The notes under the pieces: model-generated
The model's input: the letters and a program-made list of their open reading frames with translations, nothing else
The model's database searches: none
What the model was told of the DNA's origin: nothing
Source: an uncultured Spirochaetaceae bacterium
GTDB lineage: Bacteria; Spirochaetota; Spirochaetia; DSM-27196; PWMO01
Direction of reading: 5' to 3'
NCBI GenBank assembly: GCA_964631585.1
Contig: CAZVXU010000001.1
Span: forward strand, 170-64,169
DNA: 64,000 bases
Shown here: piece after piece, positions 53,317-64,000 of the stretch
How positions within the stretch are numbered: position 1 is the first letter of the stretch
Layout of the letters: the number at the start of each line of letters is the position of its first letter
Position numbers and translations under genes: made by a program

Positions 53317-55800
53317 TTAACTCGAGGAGGACTGTGGCTGCCCGGCCTCTTCGAGCGTCTGGGCAACCGCCTTCAACTCGAAGACCTCGAGCTGATCGCC
53401 GACCTTTACGTCGTTGTAGTTTTCGACACCGACACCGCACTCATAACCCGCTTCGACCTCACGTGCATCGTTCTTGAAACGCTTGAGGGAGGAGATCTTG
53501 CCCGTGTATATCTGCACACCGTCTCTGATTATGTGCACCTGTGCGTTGCGTCGTACGACACCGGAAGTAACATGGGAACCAGCAATCAGGCCGATCTTGG
53601 GAACCTTGAAAACCTCCCGGACTTCCACGGTACCGATGGTCTGCTCCTCGTAGCTCGGCGCAAGCAGTCCTTCCATTGCGGAACGGATGTCGTCCACCGC
53701 GTCGTATATGACGTTATACTTGCGGATCTCCACCTTCTCCTGATCGGCGACCTCCGCGGCACGGGGCGTCGGGCGTACGTGGAATCCGACGATAATGGCA
53801 TTCGAGGCGGAGGCGAGCATGACGTCGCTCTCGTTGATGGCGCCCGCTGCGGCGTGGATGACCGACAATCGAATGGCAGGGGTGGACAGCTTCTCGAGCG
53901 CCGTCTGAACCGCCTCGACCGAGCCGTGCACGTCGCCCTTGATGACGGTCTTGAGCTCCTGAACCTCACCCTCCTGAATACTGTCGTAGAGGTTATCGAG
54001 AGTGATCTTGCGGACGTTCTTCGCGTCCTCGACCTTGCGGAGCTCCTGGCGCTTATCGCCGACCTGTCGAGCCATTTTCTCGCTCTCGGTAACCTGAAAG
54101 GGGTCGCCGGCGTTCGGGACGCCGGTGAGTCCGAGAATCTCGACGGGCATCGACGGCTCGGCCTTGTCGACCTTCTCGCCACGATCGTTGAACATCGCGC
54201 GCACACGTCCGGGATAGATGCCCGAGACGAAGTTGTCGCCGACATGCAGGGTTCCACGCTGCACGAGCACACTGGCCACGGTACCGCGGCCCGGGTCGAT
54301 TCTCGACTCGATGATCGTCCCCTCGGCCTTGACGTCGTAATCGGCGCGAAGCTCGAGTATCTCGGACTGCAGAAGAATGTTCTCGAGGAGCTTCTCGATG
54401 CCTTCATGCTTGAGTGCAGACACCTCGACGAAGAGGGTATTACCGCCCCATTCCTCGGGCATGAGATCCAGGTCCGAGAGTTGCTGCTTGACGCGGTCCG
54501 GGTTTGCACCCTGCAGATCGACCTTGTTCACCGCAACGATGATGGGCACGCCGGCCTCTTTAGCGTGGTCGACCGCTTCACGGGTCTGCGGCATGACGCC
54601 GTCGTCCGCCGCCACCACGAGGATGACGATATCAGTGATCTGGGCCCCACGTGCGCGCATCAGGGTAAATGCTTCGTGTCCCGGTGTATCGAGGAAGGTC
54701 ACCCTGCCATTCGGTACCTCTACCTGATAGGCGCCGATGTGCTGGGTTATTCCGCCGAACTCGCCGCCAACGACGTCGGTGGTTCGAATGGCGTCGAGCA
54801 GTTTCGTCTTACCGTGGTCGACATGCCCCATGATGGTGACTACCGGGGCGCGATGCTGCAGACGCTCTTCGGAGTCTTCCTCACCCTCGATGACCGTTTC
54901 ATCGTAGAGGGAGACGATCTTCACCTTGCAGCCATACTCGGAGGCCAGCAACTCGGCGGTCTCCGCGTCGATCTGCTGGTTGATGGTAACCATCATCCCC
55001 ATGCCCATGAGCTTACCGATGAGGTCGGAGGCCTTGAGGTTCATCTTCCGAGCGAGCTCGGAGACGGTAACCACCTCCATGATGTCTATTTCCTTGGGGA
55101 CCGGATTGACCTTCGGCGCCCGACGCTTCTGCTTGTACTGGAAATCCCTCTCGGGCTGTCGCTCGCGCTTGGGGTACTGTTGCTCTTTCTTCTTGGTCTT
55201 GTAGAACTTCTTGTGACTGGGCTTCTTTTCCTCGCCCTGCTTGGGCGGCGGGGCCCCGCCGTCACGCCCGCGCGGCGGTGCACCGCCGGTTGGAGGACCC
55301 GTGCGTCCCCGTGAAGCTCCGCGATCCGGAGAAGGCCCACCGGTACGTCCCTGCGCTGCAGGCCCGCGGCGCTCACCCTGAGGAGGCCCGGCTTCCCGCC
55401 GTGCCGCTTCCTGTCGCTCACGCTCTTTACGCTCGGCTTCCCGCTTCTTCTTTGCTTCCTCGCGTATGGAGTAACCGGCGCGTGGCTCGTCCTGCTGCGG
55501 GCGGCGTCGCGCCGTTGGCTGAGTCTGTTGCGGCTGCTGCGGTTCCTGTGAGGGCTCGGCGCGCTTTGCCGCAGGACCCTGCTCCTCGCGAGTGGGGGCT
55601 TCCTGCTCAGCTCCCGCGGGCTGCGTCTCCGTCTTCGGCTCCGACTTTTCAGGTCTGGAAGACTTTTTGCGCACCACGACGCGGACCTTCTTCTTATGGT
55701 CCTGCTGGGCGCCCTCTTCAGAGGGCGCAGCTTCGGCGCCTTTCTTATGCTTTATGAGAGTAGATTTTTTTTTCTGCGTCTGGTCCTTCTCTTCTGCCAT
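53317..55800 (-). CDS. infB: translation initiation factor IF-2
   Basis: 827 aa with a low-complexity basic N-terminus and a G domain ([24 protein letters not shown]). Confidence 0.97.
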   Translation of the reverse strand: MAEEKDQTQKKKSTLIKHKKGAEAAPSEEGAQQDHKKKVRVVVRKKSSRPEKSEPKTETQPAGAEQEAPTREEQGPAAKRAEPSQEPQQPQQTQPTARRRPQQDEPRAGYSIREEAKKKREAERKERERQEAARREAGPPQGERRGPAAQGRTGGPSPDRGASRGRTGPPTGGAPPRGRDGGAPPPKQGEEKKPSHKKFYKTKKKEQQYPKRERQPERDFQYKQKRRAPKVNPVPKEIDIMEVVTVSELARKMNLKASDLIGKLMGMGMMVTINQQIDAETAELLASEYGCKVKIVSLYDETVIEGEEDSEERLQHRAPVVTIMGHVDHGKTKLLDAIRTTDVVGGEFGGITQHIGAYQVEVPNGRVTFLDTPGHEAFTLMRARGAQITDIVILVVAADDGVMPQTREAVDHAKEAGVPIIVAVNKVDLQGANPDRVKQQLSDLDLMPEEWGGNTLFVEVSALKHEGIEKLLENILLQSEILELRADYDVKAEGTIIESRIDPGRGTVASVLVQRGTLHVGDNFVSGIYPGRVRAMFNDRGEKVDKAEPSMPVEILGLTGVPNAGDPFQVTESEKMARQVGDKRQELRKVEDAKNVRKITLDNLYDSIQEGEVQELKTVIKGDVHGSVEAVQTALEKLSTPAIRLSVIHAAAGAINESDVMLASASNAIIVGFHVRPTPRAAEVADQEKVEIRKYNVIYDAVDDIRSAMEGLLAPSYEEQTIGTVEVREVFKVPKIGLIAGSHVTSGVVRRNAQVHIIRDGVQIYTGKISSLKRFKNDAREVEAGYECGVGVENYNDVKVGDQLEVFELKAVAQTLEEAGQPQSSSS

Positions 55801-55875
55801 AGCCTACCTTTCCCTATTAGTAACATCTTTGCAGGAAAACATCAAAGGCACAAAAAGCCAGGCCCCAACGCGCAC

Positions 55876-57660
<1,785 letters not shown>

Positions 57661-57665
57661 GGGTT

Positions 57666-58133
57666 CTACTCGACCTCCTGTGTATCGTCCAGCTTCGCTT
57701 TCTGGATCGCACTGGTTGCTATCGTATGTTGGGTCCCGGCTCTACTCAACGTTACCGAGTCACCGGTATACGCCGAGATAATGCCTCCGACCCATTGTCC
57801 GTCCGCGGCCCGCAGCACGCGAGCTCCTTTACCTACGAATACCGAAAACTCTTCCGGCGACTTCAGCACGCGATCAATACCGGGAGAGCTCACCTCGAGG
57901 TTGATATCCTGCTCGTCTTCAATGATCTGTATCCGGGGCAGGATCGTCGTATGCACCTCGGCACAATCGTCGACGGTGATGCCCTCCGCGCGGTGGAGCA
58001 CCACATGGACCGCGTAGCCGTCTTTCAGGCGTTTGGCCCGCATCTCTACAAGCTGATATCCGAGGCCCTCGATTACCGGTCTCAACTCATCGGCGAGGCG
58101 CTGCTCGGCAGGGGTCGTTTCAACTGCTTTCAT
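57666..58133 (-). CDS. rimP: ribosome maturation factor RimP
   Basis: 155 aa. It sits immediately upstream of nusA, and its N-terminus (L.PVIEGLGY.LVE) is typical of RimP. Confidence 0.88.
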   Translation of the reverse strand: MKAVETTPAEQRLADELRPVIEGLGYQLVEMRAKRLKDGYAVHVVLHRAEGITVDDCAEVHTTILPRIQIIEDEQDINLEVSSPGIDRVLKSPEEFSVFVGKGARVLRAADGQWVGGIISAYTGDSVTLSRAGTQHTIATSAIQKAKLDDTQEVE

Positions 58134-58140
58134 TACCTAC

Positions 58141-58168
58141 AAAAAGAGAGTCGCCGGAACGACTCTCT
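58141..58168 (-). terminator. intrinsic-terminator-like hairpin in the rimP-nusA-infB leader (candidate attenuator)
   Basis: The minus-strand RNA reads AGAGAGUCG-UUCCGG-CGACUCUCU followed by UUUUU. It ends 8 nt before the rimP ATG. The sequence is cross-checked against the plus-frame track ORF translation. Confidence 0.5.
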
Positions 58169-58201
58169 CTCCACCACTCGGCTGCATTCACGTGTAATCG
58201 G

Positions 58202-58231
58202 AGTTTAGCAATACTCAAGCGGAAGTGTCAA
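58202..58231 (-). promoter_or_regulatory. candidate sigma-70 promoter of the rimP-nusA-infB operon
   Basis: On the minus strand the sequence reads TTGACA (plus tgtcaa 58226-58231), then 18 nt, then TAAACT (plus agttta 58202-58207). It lies between the comF stop and the leader hairpin. Confidence 0.4.
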
Positions 58232-58263
58232 TCTCGGACGGTGAGCCGAATATAACAACACCA

Positions 58264-59013
58264 TTAGTCGGCGGCAAGCGTGAGCGCGTCGATTCGGCCC
58301 GCTCCGGCCCTCCGCAGTACCCGCGCACACTCGTTCACGGTTGCCCCCGTGGTGAAGACATCGTCGAGCAGCACCACGTGGTGTGGAACCGTCGCGCCCC
58401 TGCCCCGCACCCACATCCGGGCCGGGCCCCACGGTGCACTGAAGCGGGGGGCGAGCAGGATCGCGCCGAAGAGGTTGCGACTCCGCTCGTCGAAGTCGAG
58501 TCGCTTCTGCTCCCTGCCCCGGGTCCGCGTCAGCGCACGCAGGACGGAAACACCGTGCCGGCGTTCGAGCTCGGTGGCAAGCCGCCCCACCTGGTCGTAG
58601 CCCCGGCGCCGACGCCCGCGCCGACTGGCGGGGACGGGCACTACAACCGCGGCCGGCGGAATGAGCGGTACAAGATAGTTGCAGAGCAGCCCGGCCAGCC
58701 GAAGCCGGCCGCCGAACTTGTACGCCACGATGAGCTGCTTTGCCACCCCGCTGTAGGCAAACACAGAACGGTGGCGGTCGTAGTGCAACCGGCGGGAGCG
58801 GCACCGCACACAGAGCTCATGCTCGGAGACGAGCGGCACGCCGCAGACGTCGCATCGGAGACCACCGAGGGGCTGGAGGGCCGAGCGGCACCGTTCGCAC
58901 AGAGCCACAGCCGACGGAGCGGCTCGGCCGCAGGCGACGCAGTGCTGGGGGAACACCATGTCGATTAACGCGTCGGCCACACTGCGCGTCGGTCGATCTC
59001 GCGGTAGCTTCAT
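58264..59013 (-). CDS. ComF-family phosphoribosyltransferase-fold protein
   Basis: I start it at the ATG at 59013, giving 249 aa. An N-terminal double zinc ribbon (CVACG...CERC...CDVCG...CVRC) is followed by the PRTase motif VVLLDDVFTTGAT. The 217 aa further upstream in the track ORF are antisense to the cyclase gene. Confidence 0.8.
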   Translation of the reverse strand: MKLPRDRPTRSVADALIDMVFPQHCVACGRAAPSAVALCERCRSALQPLGGLRCDVCGVPLVSEHELCVRCRSRRLHYDRHRSVFAYSGVAKQLIVAYKFGGRLRLAGLLCNYLVPLIPPAAVVVPVPASRRGRRRRGYDQVGRLATELERRHGVSVLRALTRTRGREQKRLDFDERSRNLFGAILLAPRFSAPWGPARMWVRGRGATVPHHVVLLDDVFTTGATVNECARVLRRAGAGRIDALTLAAD

Positions 59014-59088
59014 ACCCGAAGATACGCCCGATTCCGGCCTGTTGCTTGTACTTGTCGTCTCGCACCGGTGACGGTACAGTAGGGGCAT

Positions 59089-60252
59089 ATGTCGGAACAG
59101 CATTACGATTTTATCATGGCCGGCGGCGGTGCGGCGGGGCTCAGTCTGGCGTACAACCTGGTTCACAGCGCTCTCAAGGACAAACGCATACTCATCGTTG
59201 ATCTTGATCAGAAGCAGAACAATGACCGTACCTGGTGTTTCTGGACCGCGGAGGAACCGCCGTATCCCGAGATCATCTCCCGCAGCTGGCAAGCCTTCAA
59301 CTTCTACGGGGATGGGTTTCAGTCCCGTCTCGAGCTCAGCCCGTATGCCTACTACATGATCCGCGGCATCGACTTCTATCGCCACACGCGTTCCGTCCTC
59401 GATGGCATGCCCAACGTCGACTTCCTTACCGCCACGGTGGACGAAGTTCGCGACGGACATGACCGTGGGGAGGTTCGAGTCGGGGACACCGTCTATACCG
59501 CGGACTGGGTCTTCGACAGTCTGTTTCTCCCGGGAGAGCTTCGCCCCGACAGGAAGAACTATCACTACATCTGGCAGCACTTCACCGGATGGACGATTCG
59601 GACCCCGGAGCCGGTCTTCGATCCCGACGCCGCCACGCTGTTCGATTTTCGGGTCCCGCAGCACGGGGTCATGCGCTTCATGTACATCCTACCCACCAGT
59701 GCCACGGAGGCGCTGGTCGAGTACACCCTCTTCTCCGCCGACTTGCTGCCCGACGAGGAGTATGTCTCGGAGCTCCAGCGCTACATAACCGGCATTCTCG
59801 GCGTCCATCACTACGACGTCATCGAAGAGGAAAGCGGCAAGATTCCGATGAGCGACCGGCCCTTCCCGCGGCGCGGCGGGAATCGAATCATGTATACGGG
59901 GACGAAAGGTGGGCGTGTGAAGGCCTCGACCGGGTTTGCCTTTTTCCGCACCCAGCGGGACTCGATGGCCATCGTGGAGTCGCTTTTGACCCATGGGCAT
60001 CCATTTCACGGGAATCAACCGCCGGCACGCTACCGGCTCTTCGATTCCATGCTATTGCAGATTCTCTATCGACACGGGGAGCTCGCGAAGACCGTCTTTA
60101 CGCGTCTCTTCGAGCGAAACCCGGTAACGCGGATTCTTCGCTTTCTCGACGAGGAAGGCGACTGGGGAGAGAACCTCAGGCTCATGGCTACGGTGCCCTG
60201 GTGGCCGTTCATCCGGGCCTGGATTAAACTCAAAGTCTTCAGGAAGATCTGA
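59089..60252 (+). CDS. crtY: lycopene cyclase family protein (CrtY-type, FAD-binding)
   Basis: 387 aa. It has the N-terminal dinucleotide fold YDFIMAGGGAAGLSLA, W.HF.GW, GKIPM, and a C-terminus (F.RNP...ILRFLDEE......L.LM) like bacteroidete-type CrtY. Confidence 0.8.
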   Translation: MSEQHYDFIMAGGGAAGLSLAYNLVHSALKDKRILIVDLDQKQNNDRTWCFWTAEEPPYPEIISRSWQAFNFYGDGFQSRLELSPYAYYMIRGIDFYRHTRSVLDGMPNVDFLTATVDEVRDGHDRGEVRVGDTVYTADWVFDSLFLPGELRPDRKNYHYIWQHFTGWTIRTPEPVFDPDAATLFDFRVPQHGVMRFMYILPTSATEALVEYTLFSADLLPDEEYVSELQRYITGILGVHHYDVIEEESGKIPMSDRPFPRRGGNRIMYTGTKGGRVKASTGFAFFRTQRDSMAIVESLLTHGHPFHGNQPPARYRLFDSMLLQILYRHGELAKTVFTRLFERNPVTRILRFLDEEGDWGENLRLMATVPWWPFIRAWIKLKVFRKI

Positions 60253-60258
60253 CCCAGC

Positions 60259-61023
60259 ATGCTGAACACGCTTCAATTGCTTGTCGACGAGCTCACTCAC
60301 CTCTCGCCCGTCGCAATGGTGATGGGCGGCGCATGGGTCATCGTGATGATTCTTGTTCCCGTCATAAAGTGGGTGCTCGGCGAAGGGGCGGAGCGCATCG
60401 GGATCTCCCTCGGCGTCCTGTTCCAGGCGACCCTCGTGGCGGTCATTCTCTTCGAATCCCTTCATCCGCTGCGAGCAACACTTACGGTCATCGGCATACC
60501 GCTTTTCGGCTGGACGATCGAGTTCATCGGCTCGCGCACCGGCGTGCCCTTCGGAGACTATCACTACACCGACGTGCTGCAGCCGCAGATCCGCCGCGTG
60601 CCGCTCATCATTCCCCTCGCCTGGCTGATGATGATCCCGCCGGCCTGGTCGGTCGGTATGATGCTGGCCGGCCCCGAGGGCGTGATCCTTCCGGCCATCC
60701 TTGCCGGTCTGGCCTTCATGGCCTGGGATCTCTTTCTCGACCCCCAGATGGTGTCCTGGGACTTCTGGCGCTGGCGACAAGGCGGGGCATACCTCGGCAT
60801 ACCCGTTCTGAACTTCGTCGGTTGGTTTGTGGCAGGGACCGTTGTTTCTCTTCTCTTCTACAGCCCGGAGGTGCCGGCCGCCGCTCTGTTTCTGGTCTAC
60901 GTGGTCACCTGGATCCTGCAGACCATCGGGCAGCTCGTCTTCTGGCGGTTAATCGTTTCGGGCATCGTGGGCTCGCTCGCGATGGGGGGGCTCATTCTTT
61001 TCACACTGATGGCGCCGGGCTAA
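60259..61023 (+). CDS. cruF: carotenoid biosynthesis membrane protein (PF04240/CruF-like, putative carotenoid 1',2'-hydratase)
   Basis: 254 aa, polytopic. Motifs are GSRTGVPFGDYHYT, VPLIIPLAWLMM and AWDLFLDPQMV. The start is 7 nt after the cyclase stop. The symbol is tentative. Confidence 0.7.
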   Translation: MLNTLQLLVDELTHLSPVAMVMGGAWVIVMILVPVIKWVLGEGAERIGISLGVLFQATLVAVILFESLHPLRATLTVIGIPLFGWTIEFIGSRTGVPFGDYHYTDVLQPQIRRVPLIIPLAWLMMIPPAWSVGMMLAGPEGVILPAILAGLAFMAWDLFLDPQMVSWDFWRWRQGGAYLGIPVLNFVGWFVAGTVVSLLFYSPEVPAAALFLVYVVTWILQTIGQLVFWRLIVSGIVGSLAMGGLILFTLMAPG

Positions 61024-61050
61024 CGGCTCCCGAAACCGGAACAGCGTCGG

Positions 61051-63678
61051 CTAGTCGGAATTCAGCTGTTTCTGCCAGCGTGAGATGAGCTCCAGCGCCT
61101 CGAGCGGCGTGGTTTCGTTCACCTCCACCGACTGCAGCTCCCGTTCGATGAGCTCCGCCGGATCAAAGAGGCTGTTCTGGGCTCCGGCAGCGGGTACCGC
61201 CGTCGGCCCCGCGGTGGACACCCCGCCTTCGGGACCCGGCGCACCGGACGCACCGGACCCGTCCCTGCCGGCGAGGATTCCCTCGAGCACGGCCTCGGCC
61301 CGCACGAGGACCGCCTCGGGCAGCCCCGCGAGACGGGCCACGTGGATTCCGTAGGAGTTGTTGGACGGCCCCTCGGTTACCTTCTTCAGGAACACGATGC
61401 GCCCCTCCTCCTCGGCTATCCGCAGCGAGAGGTTTACCAGCCGCGCGTGCTCGAGCGAGGTGAGCTCATGGTAGTGGGTGGCAAAGAGGGTCCGGGCCTG
61501 CAACACATCGAGGATATACTCGGTCACCGCCCGCGCGATCGCAAGCCCGTCGTTCGTGCTCGTCCCGCGTCCGACCTCATCCATGATGATGAGGCTGTGC
61601 CGGGAGGCGTTTCGAAGGATGTTCGCTGTCTCGTTCATCTCCACGAGAAACGTTGACTCCCCGCGTGCAAGGTTATCCGAGGCGCCCACCCGGCAGAAGA
61701 TGCGGTCGGTGAGGCCGATTTCCGCATCGTCGGCGGGGACGAAGCCACCGGCCTGGGCGAGAAGCACGATGAGGGCTGTCTGCCGGAGAAAGGTCGACTT
61801 TCCGGCCATATTGGGCCCGGTAATCAGCGCGAACCCCTTCGCCTTGCCGTCGAGCTCGAGAGAGTTCGGCACGAAGCTCCCCGGCGGCAGATGGGTCTCC
61901 ACGACGGGATGTCGTCCACCGCGAATCGAGATGATGTCCGACTCCGAGACCCGCGGACGCACGTAGCCGTTCCGTGTCGCAGCCCATGCAAAGGAATGAT
62001 AGCAGTCGAGCGCGGCGATCGCATCGCAGACCGCAAGCAGTCGCGGGATCTGCTCTCTTACCGCTGCCCGCAGCTCCAGAAACAACCTGCGCTCCAGCTC
62101 GACGATCTGATCTGAGGCGGAGTTCAGCCTGGACTCCAGCTCGGCCAGTCGCTCGGTACTGTACCGCTCTGCGTTGACCAATGACTGCCGCCGCACGAAG
62201 TGGGGCGGCACTTTCTCAACGTGGGTCTTTGTCACCTCGAAGAAGTAGCCGAGCACCTTGTTGTACTTGATCTTCAGAGAACCGATGCCGCTTGCCGTAC
62301 GCTCCTCGTCGAGGTAGGCGTCGAGATAGGAACGACTGTTGGAGAGCAGGCCTTTGAGCTCATCGAGCTTCTCGTCGTAGCCTTCCCGTATGATATTCCC
62401 CTCGGTAAGCAGAATCGAGGGGGAGTCGAGGAGCCCGCGCGCGAGTAACTCACCGAGCCCGGCCAGCGCGTCGCGATCCGCCGAAGAACCAGCCACCGAC
62501 TCACCGTCGAGCAATTCCGCGGGCACGAGTCCCTCGAGATCCAGGGCGGCGTCGAGGGAGTTCCGGATGGCCACCAGGTCCTTCCCGTGCGCCTTATCGA
62601 GCCCGACGCGTGCAACCAACCGCTCGATGTCGAGTATCCGTCCGAGCCGATCCCTGAGGTTCGACAGCAGCATCTGGCTGTGGTAGAGGGCCTCCACGCG
62701 GTCGTGCCGCGCCTCGATGGCGGTCCTGTCTTTCAGGGGGTTCAGTAGCCACTTCCTGAGCGTCCTTGCTCCCATGGCCGTTCGGGTGTAATCCACGACC
62801 GAGAGCAGCGTGTATCGCCGGCTGCCCTCGGTCATGTTCTGAACGATCTCGAGGTTGCGCTGGGTTGCCTCGTCGAGCACCACATGCTCGCTGTCCCGAT
62901 AGGGTGAGACTCCCCGAATATGCGGAATGAGGCTGCGGGCCGTGTCTTCCACGTAGTCGAGGAGGACGCCGACGGGCACGAGCTCCTCGCTCTCGTCATC
63001 GATTCCGAAGCCCTTGAGGTTCGCTACCCCGAGCAGCTCCAGCAGACGCTCCCTTCCGGCCTGCAGGTCGAAACTCCAGTCCGGGAATCGGTTGAGAACG
63101 AGGCCGTCTCGTTCCTCCAGTGCCGTCGCGAGGTCGGGATGCTCCTCGAGGAGGGTCTCCTGCACGAGCACCTCCCGCGGCTGCAGGCGGGCGAGCTCCT
63201 GCCGCAGCCGTTCCCGGCCGCGCTCGAGCGGAAAGAGCGTCGTCTCGAACTCGCCGGTCGAAAGGTCGATGTAGGCTTCGGTGAGATACCCGCGCGAGGC
63301 CGCGATTGCGACGAGGTAGTTGTTGCGGCCGGCTTCGAGGTAGTCCTCCTCTGTAACCGTGCCCGGGGTGATGATCTCGGTCACCTCCCGGTCGGCGAGC
63401 CCCTTCCCCGACTCGGGAATGTGCGTTTGCTCGCAGATCGCAACCTTTTTGCCGGCCTGGATGAGTCGCGCAATGTAGCCGTGGGCGGCGTGGTATGGAA
63501 TGCCGCACATGGGCACCCCGTTTCGCTGGGTGAGTGTCAGGCCGAGCAGACGGGAGACCTCTTCGGCGTCCCCTTTGAACATTTCGTAGAAATCACCGAG
63601 TCGAAAAAACAATACCGCATCACGGTGGGCCCGCTTCATGCGTGCGTACTGTTGCATCATCGGCGTGGAATCCGACAT
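61051..63678 (-). CDS. mutS: DNA mismatch repair protein MutS
   Basis: 875 aa with N-terminal TPMMQQY...FFRLGDFYE, Walker A GPNMAGKST and DEVGRGTST. Confidence 0.97.
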   Translation of the reverse strand: MSDSTPMMQQYARMKRAHRDAVLFFRLGDFYEMFKGDAEEVSRLLGLTLTQRNGVPMCGIPYHAAHGYIARLIQAGKKVAICEQTHIPESGKGLADREVTEIITPGTVTEEDYLEAGRNNYLVAIAASRGYLTEAYIDLSTGEFETTLFPLERGRERLRQELARLQPREVLVQETLLEEHPDLATALEERDGLVLNRFPDWSFDLQAGRERLLELLGVANLKGFGIDDESEELVPVGVLLDYVEDTARSLIPHIRGVSPYRDSEHVVLDEATQRNLEIVQNMTEGSRRYTLLSVVDYTRTAMGARTLRKWLLNPLKDRTAIEARHDRVEALYHSQMLLSNLRDRLGRILDIERLVARVGLDKAHGKDLVAIRNSLDAALDLEGLVPAELLDGESVAGSSADRDALAGLGELLARGLLDSPSILLTEGNIIREGYDEKLDELKGLLSNSRSYLDAYLDEERTASGIGSLKIKYNKVLGYFFEVTKTHVEKVPPHFVRRQSLVNAERYSTERLAELESRLNSASDQIVELERRLFLELRAAVREQIPRLLAVCDAIAALDCYHSFAWAATRNGYVRPRVSESDIISIRGGRHPVVETHLPPGSFVPNSLELDGKAKGFALITGPNMAGKSTFLRQTALIVLLAQAGGFVPADDAEIGLTDRIFCRVGASDNLARGESTFLVEMNETANILRNASRHSLIIMDEVGRGTSTNDGLAIARAVTEYILDVLQARTLFATHYHELTSLEHARLVNLSLRIAEEEGRIVFLKKVTEGPSNNSYGIHVARLAGLPEAVLVRAEAVLEGILAGRDGSGASGAPGPEGGVSTAGPTAVPAAGAQNSLFDPAELIERELQSVEVNETTPLEALELISRWQKQLNSD

Positions 63679-63707
63679 CGCGTATGGTGGTGCAGGCGGC
63701 GCCTGCG

Positions 63708-64000
63708 TCAGCCTCCCGACTGTCGGAGGCGTTGGAGAACGCGGTCACTTATGTCGACCGTCGGACTCCACCACTGCAGTCCGTCCTGGTCGGTGCGGAT
63801 GACCACGGTGTACCCTTCCTCCTCGGCGACGTACTCGATGGCCTGCTGAAGGCGGTTGAGGAAATCGTCGGAGACGAGGTTCTGCTGGCGCTGCTGCAGC
63901 TGCGAGCGACGGCGGCGGGTCAGGTCCTCCACGTAGCTTCGTTGCCGGTTGACGCGGGTTTCGAGCTGCTCTATGCGTGATTCGTTCCCCTGATCCTCCG
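63708..64000 (-). CDS. OmpH/Skp-like periplasmic chaperone (3' part; gene continues beyond window)
   Basis: The reading frame stays open to the window edge. A Gln/Arg coiled coil is followed by a C-terminus (IEYVAEEEGYTVVI......W.SP.VDISD.VL) typical of the OmpH family. Confidence 0.6.
   Translation of the reverse strand, partial: EDQGNESRIEQLETRVNRQRSYVEDLTRRRRSQLQQRQQNLVSDDFLNRLQQAIEYVAEEEGYTVVIRTDQDGLQWWSPTVDISDRVLQRLRQSGG

Noticed and set aside
53271-53410. While hand-translating, my reading of the printed lines 53281-53400 appeared shifted by one base relative to the ORF-track translations on both strands. If real, this would imply frameshifts in rbfA and infB.
   Set aside because: The track translations of rbfA, infB and the antisense ORF are continuous and self-consistent across the region, and the register returns to normal after 53400. 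I treat it as my own reading error and claim no frameshift. Re-translation by software would settle it.
53155-55314. A 719-aa ORF on the plus strand, opposite infB.
   Set aside because: It lies fully antisense to an unmistakable IF-2 gene (GHVDHGKT G domain). Its composition (Leu/Arg/Asp/Gly/Val-rich, no family motifs) is that of a shadow ORF in GC-rich DNA.
55762-55775. An A9 homopolymer (T9 on the plus strand) near the 5' end of infB, considered as a slippage or phase-variation site.
   Set aside because: It simply encodes Lys-Lys-Lys in the basic N-terminus of IF-2. The gene is essential and intact, and nothing suggests programmed slippage.
59014-59664. The N-terminal 217 aa of the 466-aa track ORF that contains comF.
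   Set aside because: This part is antisense to the lycopene cyclase gene and has no ComF similarity. The ComF double zinc ribbon begins right after the internal ATG at 59013.

Overview
This is a GC-rich chromosomal segment (roughly 60% by eye, not computed) that is almost entirely coding. I call 55 protein-coding genes and one RNA gene, the RNase P RNA. I found no tRNA or rRNA, no CRISPR array, and no transposase, integrase or prophage signature.

The content is mostly core housekeeping arranged in long co-directional blocks:
- Plus strand: a ykgJ-like gene, an MBL hydrolase, a small ORF and a giant OmpA-anchored repeat protein.
- Plus strand: dnaG, rpoD, a COG1579 zinc-ribbon gene and rnpB.
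- Plus strand: a TPR gene, mreB, mreC, mreD, mrdA, rodA and a radical SAM fusion.
- Minus strand: recA, folK, scpA, scpB, rluB, cmk, rpsA, a GAF/sigma-54 activator, a TPR gene, a CHASE2 cyclase, a lipoprotein, a glsB-like gene and mazG.
- Plus strand: one Ala/Arg-rich secreted ORF.
- Minus strand: three envelope TPR/unknown genes followed by dtd.
- Plus strand: an unknown gene followed by a 916-aa GreA.
- Minus strand: comF, rimP, nusA, infB, rbfA, truB, ribF, rpsO, pnp, dut, two lptF/G-like genes, tgt, murJ, a HEAT-repeat gene and an unknown gene.
- Plus strand: a crtY-like/cruF-like carotenoid pair.
- Minus strand: a partial skp-like gene and mutS.

The very long GreA, the many TPR/HEAT envelope proteins and the overall gene order suggest a free-living member of the Spirochaetota. 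That is inference only.

I do not see a discrete, self-evident novel system such as a defence island or a mobile cassette. The items most worth follow-up are:
- the 916-aa GreA, whose extension contains a CarD/KOW-like barrel motif;
- a co-directional GAF/sigma-54 activator, CHASE2 cyclase and lipoprotein block, which could be a cNMP circuit;
- a two-gene carotenoid tailoring pair between comF and mutS;
- a terminator-like hairpin in the rimP-nusA-infB leader;
- an eight-module FlgD-Ig/OmpA giant protein with an alternating A/B repeat structure;
- an uncharacterised radical SAM fusion tightly linked to the rod-shape genes.

Gene boundaries follow the supplied ORF track, with start codons moved inward where the sequence supports it. 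Coordinates of hand-read small motifs may be off by about 1 nt.
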